Below, piece after piece: positions 57,456 to 64,000 of a DNA stretch of 64,000 bases. The notes beneath the pieces are model-generated. The model saw only the letters and a program-made list of their open reading frames with translations. It was not told the origin of the DNA and searched no databases. The number at the start of each line of letters is the position of its first letter. The stretch's first letter is position 1. The position numbers and the translations under genes were made by a program. This stretch comes from Macrostomum hystrix. Its lineage: Eukaryota; Animalia; Platyhelminthes. The stretch covers positions 8,680,001 through 8,744,000 of the forward strand of contig CATNEN010000002.1 in assembly GCA_950097015.1 (NCBI GenBank). Reading direction: 5' to 3'.

Positions 57456-59866
57456 ATGAGCCATTCTCAATCCGACTCTCTAGCGCCAATCACAGCACAG
57501 CATGTGCAGTCTCAACGGCAGCCTGTACAATCGCTCGTGTTGGAAGACAGGTGGTCCGTGTTAACTGTGTCAGAAGGAGATCAGCCGCGACACTCAGATG
57601 CTCCGTTCCTGTATTGCTACGACTACTTGGGACCTGAGCACAAAGTACTATTCGAAAAATTGCTACAGAGCACACCATGGGAAGCACGCAAATGCAACAT
57701 CAATGAAAATTGGCCTGAAGAGATCTCTTAAAAATTCGGGACCAATTATCCTTACAGACTGGAGTCCAATTTAACAGCGCTTTGCTCAACCTCTACCGAG
57801 ATGGCAAAGATTCCATCGGATTCCACAAGGACGATGAAGATTGCCTTGGATGCTATCCAACAATCGCTAGCCTCTCGCTTGGCTCTGTGAGAACCTTGGT
57901 CATTCGAAATATCAAGGAAATATCAAGGAATTGAGAGACTACAGCCTCGTTATGAGTCCAGGAAGCTTACTGATCATGCGTGGGCTCTCTCAGACTGACT
58001 TCCTACACTCTGTGCTGAAGGAGCAGGATAGTGCACCGCGTATCAATGTCACTTTTCGCTGCGTTCAGACAACGAATGGAACTGCTGACAGCTCCGAGAA
58101 GCAGGACGTCGAAGATGCCCTAGCACTCGAATCAGCAAATAGCAAAGAAGTTAATCCAAGTGAAGCCGAACCGCAAACAGCTACCGCAGAAGAAAGCGAA
58201 ACTGCGGTTGACATCTCATTTCTAAGTCGACAAGCCAAACAATCAAGAACAAGGTGGCGCAAGAGGCAATCAGTGACAGGCAGCAACTCGGAGGCAACAT
58301 CTGCAGAGGAATCGAGCCTATGTGGCGGACAGGCGACAGCTCAATTCAAAGTTCCGAAAAATAAGAAAGCAAAGAAAGGACAAGTGCTGAGAAAAGCAAG
58401 CGATAGACCGGAAACACGAACTTTAGCAGTGAAAGCGACCCAAACCAAAGCAGTGCTCGTCGACACGGCATACAACACCGACTCCAGTCTACTGATGGAC
58501 ACGGACCTTAAACGGTTGAAAGCGGTTGAAGGTGTTCAGCGGTCCTGAGTGAGATCAAGCAGCTAGCAAACCGGCTTTCTATGGATGACTATATACAAAA
58601 AACCCGAAATACGCTCCAGTCGTTGATTTCTTCACTAAGTCACAATATTGAGGCCTGGGTTTTGGCCAGCCAAGCAGAGATTCTTAAAACACTGAACACG
58701 AGTAAAGCAGAATCAACTAAGCAAGCAAAGCAAATGATTGCCGCAACCAAAGAGTTGCTCATCGACGAAGAACGTGCAACAAGAGGGGGTATTCACTAAG
58801 TAAATACTTAGTGAAGCGGCTATCAAGGAGTTGCATTATAAAATCACAGAGATGCATTGCCAGCCGAAACAGGTGTTAAGCCCAAGCAGGCCATATGCAG
58901 AAGCCTTAAAATCTCAAACAGCATCATCAGCACCATCGAGGAGCGAACAGCCGACAAGACCTCCAGAAATCTCGGTTCTGGCAGCGCCAGCAGAACAAGC
59001 AGCTCGACACCCAAAAAGGTCAAAAAACACGATGCAATCGTTCTGAGCAAGCGAGGAAAAATGATAGACTACAGAAGAATTTTGCCTAGCAACACGCTGC
59101 GAGTTGTGTACTACGAGTCGCAAAGTAAATTAATAGAAATCCTAAGAGCACCGAACTTTGTCGCTCAAGAGTGCTTAGTAATCGACTCTACAAAGTAGAG
59201 TCAGCGATTGCAGAGGGATCGGCAAACCATCATGGGAGCTGTCAGCACCTTGTCATTCTTCCCGAAAAGAACACCACAGTCGCACAAATATTCCTAGGCG
59301 AGCTGAAGTACTACAATGTAAACCATCGCCTACTGGTAATCGATTTCGCCGATCTCCACCATCAGTTGGATGGAGTACTGAGTGGATTATCTTCATACAG
59401 CTATTGCAGTTGTGTGAAAGACCTGCAAATTAAAACAAGAAGCTATGTAAGCCTTCCAATGAAAAACAGCAGAATTCTAACTAATTCGAGAGGTAACGAA
59501 AGGCTGGATTACTTTCCTGGAAAGAAGCACTCACACTCAGTACGAGACCGCTCGAATTAAATATCATCAGAACTCCTTCGACAGAAGTCAAAGAGATTTC
59601 ACATCTCCCACTTACAACGAGAACTAGCATGCAAATGTAGAGGACAGCCGCGGATTACGTCACCGTTGCGGTTAAATCGCTATCCCAGATATGATCTCTC
59701 TGGCCACAACAACGCAGCAAGCGCACAATATGAGACTGCTCCCTACTGGGAGAGGCACTCAAGAGGTACTCGAGACGATCGCGACTACGGTGGTGCTGTT
59801 GGCTGGCAGCCGTCCGATCGCCACGCCACCCGCCACAACGGACGCTACAGTACCAGGCCTTGGTAG
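57456..59866 (+). pseudogene. alkB: Decayed long reading frame: AlkB (ALKBH2/3-like) 2OG-Fe(II) dioxygenase + linker + coiled coil + SGNH-like region + R/G/Y-rich tail
   Basis: QTGVQFNSALLNLYRDGKDSIGFHKDDE...IASLSLG...SPGSLLIMRGLSQTDFLHSVLKE...RINVTFR carries the HxD...H...R...R set. Frameshifts near 57725, at an 11-bp duplication (57906-57927), near 58535 and further downstream. AlkB call is strong; the SGNH-like call is weak. Confidence 0.8.
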
Positions 59867-60025
59867 ATCAACCTGTACGAATTCGTACGGCCTGTACGAA
59901 TTCAGGCCCTGCAGTGCCGCCAGTTCGGCCTCAATAGGGCTCGGCTGCTGCTGTGCCCTGGACTGGAAAGTGCGTGCTCTACAACGCCGAGGCTGCTGGA
60001 CTGAGACCTGCTTCCAGCAGGTCTG

Positions 60026-60690
60026 TCTCATCGTCAGGCAGTGTGAACTTTCACTCCGCTTTGGAGGTTGGCCCTGAGATGTAGCCACTTCCAACATATG
60101 CGTTCTAATGCAATCCAACCAATGCATTGCTTACTATCGCTTACTATCCGCTGATTCGCTAAACGCAGGCTACCAATGACAGTCTAACATACACTACCTA
60201 TTTAACATACGAAAGTACGAAGCAGTCGGGAACCTCGGCACCACCCCACTCTCAACCTTGAACTCCACTAGAGCCGATCAGAATATAGTTTGGATTACTA
60301 GATATTAGACATTGACCTTGGACCGCAACCCATCGAACGGACTCGATGAGTATCTCGATCTTGACTGCTTCTTACTTAGTTTATCGATTGATTACTATCA
60401 TTGTGATTGCTTAAATACATCAGACATCAGGTTAGAAATATAACACCTTAGAGAAGGTTTAACACCGCTGGAAACATTGAGTCGAACTCACCGCTTATTG
60501 ACTTAACTCAGAACATTAGAACAAAGAGCGAACCACAGATACAGAAGACCATCAAACCAAAGATATATCAGCCCTCAAGGGCGCGAATTGCATTTCAAGT
60601 CCTCCAACCTTCTGCGCCCCTCAAACGAATGTGGCCTCGCCGTGGAATCGAACCTAGGGACCCTGGTGCGAGGGGCAAGCGCTAGAAACC
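60026..60690 (-). mobile_element. tRNA-derived SINE, copy D, split by a solo LTR
   Basis: Removing 60075-60574 restores GGTTGGCCC|TCAAGGGCG as in the intact copies; B box GGTTCGATTCC on - strand at ~60645-60655. Confidence 0.8.
60075..60570. mobile_element. Solo LTR, 496 bp
   Basis: TGAGAT...ATATCA termini (TG..CA, 5/6 inverted match) flanked by the 4-bp direct repeat GCCC (60071-74, 60571-74), interrupting a SINE cleanly. Confidence 0.8.
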
Positions 60691-60955
60691 ACACCTCCAC
60701 ACACTTAGGTGCGAAGGCCGACCATTTGGTGCCTACGTATCGGACAATCCTAGTGACTGCATCTGCATCTAATTCCACACGAAGTCATAAATGCGGCACA
60801 CGATTCTAAGAAATACGATACGTGCTCATAGAAGCCTATTTTATATTTTTCTGCTAATAAACTAAAAAACGCATTTATATTTCAAAATGTTAGCCTCCAT
60901 ACTCAAAGATTGCTTCCCAGCAAACAAGCTCAGTGTTAGTCGAGCCAAGGCTTCG

Positions 60956-62076
60956 TCAGTCGCTGCGCACGAGCCCAAAGAAGCTGCCAATTTCCGACTG
61001 CGTCATTGTTTCGTTGAAAATCGCCAGAGCCTGCACGGTGCCCCTCAGAACTCGCGGGTCGATATTCCAATAGCCCAGGGACAGGCAGTGATAGTTCGGA
61101 TCTCCTGTTTCCATGGTCACTGCCCCCTGACGCACACTTACTGGGGATACTATGCCAGACTTCGAGTAGAAGCTTTGGGTCAGCAAAGATGCTGAAGTCA
61201 CCCCGAGCTCGACGAAAGTATTCGGATCAAATGTGTTTGTCGATGGATCAGTCATAAACTCGACAGAGCTAAAATTAGAACGAAAATAGTACAGGCCCCA
61301 GTTGGCGCTAGTACTGCCATCCCACAAGACTGTTCCCCTTCGCTTAGTACCGCAATCGTACGTTTCGAGTAGCGTGGCCTCTCGGGTAGCCACTCGCTTG
61401 AGCCTGACCAGCCACGTGAGTCCCTGCTGCAAGTTAGCGAAATCCACTCCCTCCAGTCTCATCTTGGACGACACTCCGTTGAACTTGGCTCCCTCACGGG
61501 AGAACTCGACTGCCTCCGACTGCCACATTTGTGTCTGACCGCACACCAAGTTGCTCTTGCTGGCATCCGAGTCTTCACTCATCACCCAGGCTCCACGCAG
61601 CTTCGGGCCCACACTGCTCATCAGCTTCCTGCTCATCTTCATGAAGTTGACGGCTCTGTCGTTAGCGAATGCAGCACATCTGTGCATTGCGTTGATCCCA
61701 TTGCTGGCTAGTGTATCGATGAGGTGGCACACTGCAATGTATTGGAACAGGGCGCACTGGCGAGTGTCCGAGTCGAACTGGACCACCAGCAGGCCGCTCA
61801 GAATGTTGGCAGGTATGAGGCAATGCGTTGCACTCGGTAGCTCGGACAATTGCAGCGAAAGAGACTCAGGCAAGCACTGCCGTGACTGCAGACGCTGCCA
61901 GACGTTAGTTCCTTCGGAATTGATTGGCTTGAGAAGTAGCGGCAGGAGAAGCATAGCGAGGACTGCAAGATGTAGAACAGAAGTGACAGTGATTTCTAGA
62001 ATGCATTTTATTCCGATAGGTGATTCACGACGTTGGGCTGAGCCAGCTCAGTGAGCTTACCTGACATCTGCAGCAT
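60956..62076 (-). CDS. Secreted PAN/Apple-like + ConA/LamG-like protein, paralogue of 40037-41116 (exons 62076-62061, 61962-60956)
   Basis: ATG CTG CAG ATG TCA G|gtaagc (16-bp first exon, same size and phase as the paralogue). Shares GLLVVQFDSDTRQC.LFQY.AVCHLID and ASKSNLVCG.T..W.S.AV.FS..GAKFNGV.S.M.LE.V.FANLQQGLTWLVRL. Confidence 0.88.
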
Positions 62077-63270
62077 TCTGACAGAATTTTCTGTGAGCTT
62101 CTGTTTCCAAAGTTGTTGGTTGCCTTTGTTACCCGCTAGAAAGAGGATTGGAGTATATAAAGGCGAATATTTCAGCAGTTTTTCTCTCTGTCCATCGCTC
62201 GCTGATTGACATGTGAAGTATTAAAAAAGCATTTTGCTTTATTCTTGTTGCATAGCTAGCCATGGTCACACTAAATAGACTGAACGGTGTTTACTTAATT
62301 TAAAATGTCGTCAGAGCAGTTTAATGGCTAATTGCCGTGGCTAATTGCCGTGGTTACTCAGTGGTATTAAAAACGATTGTCAACTTTTTGTAGATTAGTT
62401 GCTTGAATTCGTCATACATGTAGCTCGGAGAATGTAGGCCCCGTGACTTGACTTGGTCCTGTGGGCAATGTATAGGTGACTTTGGAAACACTTTTTGTTT
62501 AAACTGAGTGTTCTGTTTATGTTCACAGATTTCGCTAAATGAAAAAAATTCATGACAAAATACGGAGTTGTAGTGCAGAATAAAACCTCGAAACTATACC
62601 CAAGAATTAAACTATGAGCACCAGAGCAACATGGAAATTATCATCGGAAAGCATTCTCTGCCTGCACTCAGAAGCTTCAAGCAAGGCACTTTAAAATGCA
62701 GACGTTTTCAATTTTACGGCAGAGAAGACATTTTTGCAATTTGTTGATTGGCAACAATTCATTGATTTGATTGATTGAGGCTGCACCGCAGACAGACACC
62801 ACAGCTGTTTTCTCTAAAGCTGTCTTGTTAACTATGGCTTTAGTGGCTGTAGAAAGAAAAAAATTGTTGTATCGAGTAGAAATTTTCAAAATGTACGTGA
62901 AAATCCAGCAGATGGTTCCTAGACTTTAACTGCATCCAATACTTTTTCTCTTCTCTTCTCTTCTTGTAGATCAGAATTCCCGATCTGTCCAATAAATATG
63001 TGGGACAGCCAAGCTGTAAAGGTCTTGAAAACGGACGTTTGGTGGCGAACGTGTCTCTCCAGGTTCTATAAAGAGGGCTTTGTGATTGCACGAGCATTTG
63101 AACTAGACGGTCTTGTCTGCAGCGCCAGAAAGTTGCTCAGGTACCGCTGCGTCTCGACTCTGCGACACTCTGAACGGCTGAAGTCACAGCTGGCTGAAGT
63201 CACAGCTGGCTGAAGTCGCCAGGCAGGTAAGAGCGATCTAGGCGAATTCAACAGTGCGAGGGCAACGCTT

Positions 63271-63640
63271 TATATAATAATTGCAGGAGGGCTGGGGGCG
63301 ACGGTACATCATTTGGTGACACTAGACCCGCAGCCAGCGAGGAGGCAATGCTTGCCCATTTCGCTGACTCCTGAGCACACACGAACATGGATACTGTACG
63401 CAGGCATATGCTCACACAGGTGTGCAGATTTACATCTGAACCAGCATTCTTATCGTCAGGCAGTGTACACTTTACTGTGCCTTGGAGGTTGGCCTTTAAG
63501 GCCGTAAATTCGACGACAAGCTCTTAGCCTTCTCTCCACGGCTGCGCCCTGAGGATAAATAATATGGCATGGCCGCGGAATCGAGCTCAGGGACCTTGGC
63601 GCGTGAGGCAAACGCGCTAACCGCTTGCCACCGACCCCCC
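63271..63640 (-). mobile_element. tRNA-derived SINE, copy E, full length with 14-bp target-site duplication
   Basis: CGAGGGCAACGCTT at 63257-63270 and 63641-63654; A/B-box head; (ATT)-type tail. Confidence 0.92.
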
Positions 63641-64000
63641 CGAGGGCAACGCTTACTTTCATTTCATTTCAGGTGCATCAATTTTATTTCAGCATTAAGC
63701 AACTTTTTTCCTGAGTTGGTACCATTCGATTAGTTTTCTATACTGTCTTATGATTTTTAACAGCTTTTTCCGTTACCTGTTGGTTGTCGGTTCCTTCGCA
63801 TTCAAGCATGGATTTGGTTTAAGAACAGCCTGGCAGGCTGCGCAAGGCTGGCCAAGGCTGGCCAATTAGCAGACGCCTCCTTACCTGTTTATAAATGAGT
63901 TTGCTGTGTAGTCTGGATGAAAGTCTAACATCTCGTCTATTTTATGGAGTTTAGCTACGAAAGCAGTAGAACAAGGCGTAGCGATAGTAAAGAACCAAAT

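Noticed and set aside
62840-63251. Short GC-richer ORFs near the right end; also 33626-33823
   Set aside because: No recognisable motif, consistent splice chain or codon signal; left unannotated.

Overview
Eukaryotic (animal) genomic DNA with spliceosomal introns, GC-rich exons and introns packed with minisatellites. A free-living flatworm such as Macrostomum is my inference, from the annexin II/III linker insertion, a ~40-nt intron and the repeat-filled introns. Left third: a + strand TRAF-family gene (MATH domain split by a 5.8-kb intron) interleaved with a phase-consistent, unidentified multi-exon gene on the - strand. One intron of that gene holds ~143 tandem copies of its own 5' splice junction. 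Next is a complete 10-exon annexin (- strand, 549 aa, long N-terminus). From 21.5 to 52.3 kb: four F-box/LRR paralogues with an invariant 426-bp middle exon (one with a premature TGA) plus a fragment. Around them (26.5-62 kb) lie secreted lectin-like genes: a C-type lectin-PAN gene, two PAN-LamG/ConA genes and one PAN-LamG pseudogene. Mobile DNA: an intact DD34D mariner with 202-bp TIRs, a tRNA-derived SINE family, a solo LTR inside a SINE, a hAT remnant, a TA-flanked MITE and a LINE 3' remnant. Right end: a 768-aa intronless disordered ORF and a decayed AlkB-coiled coil-SGNH-like reading frame resembling a LINE ORF1. Most long ORFs in the supplied track are artefacts of tandem repeats. All gene models were spliced by eye and no database searches were run.
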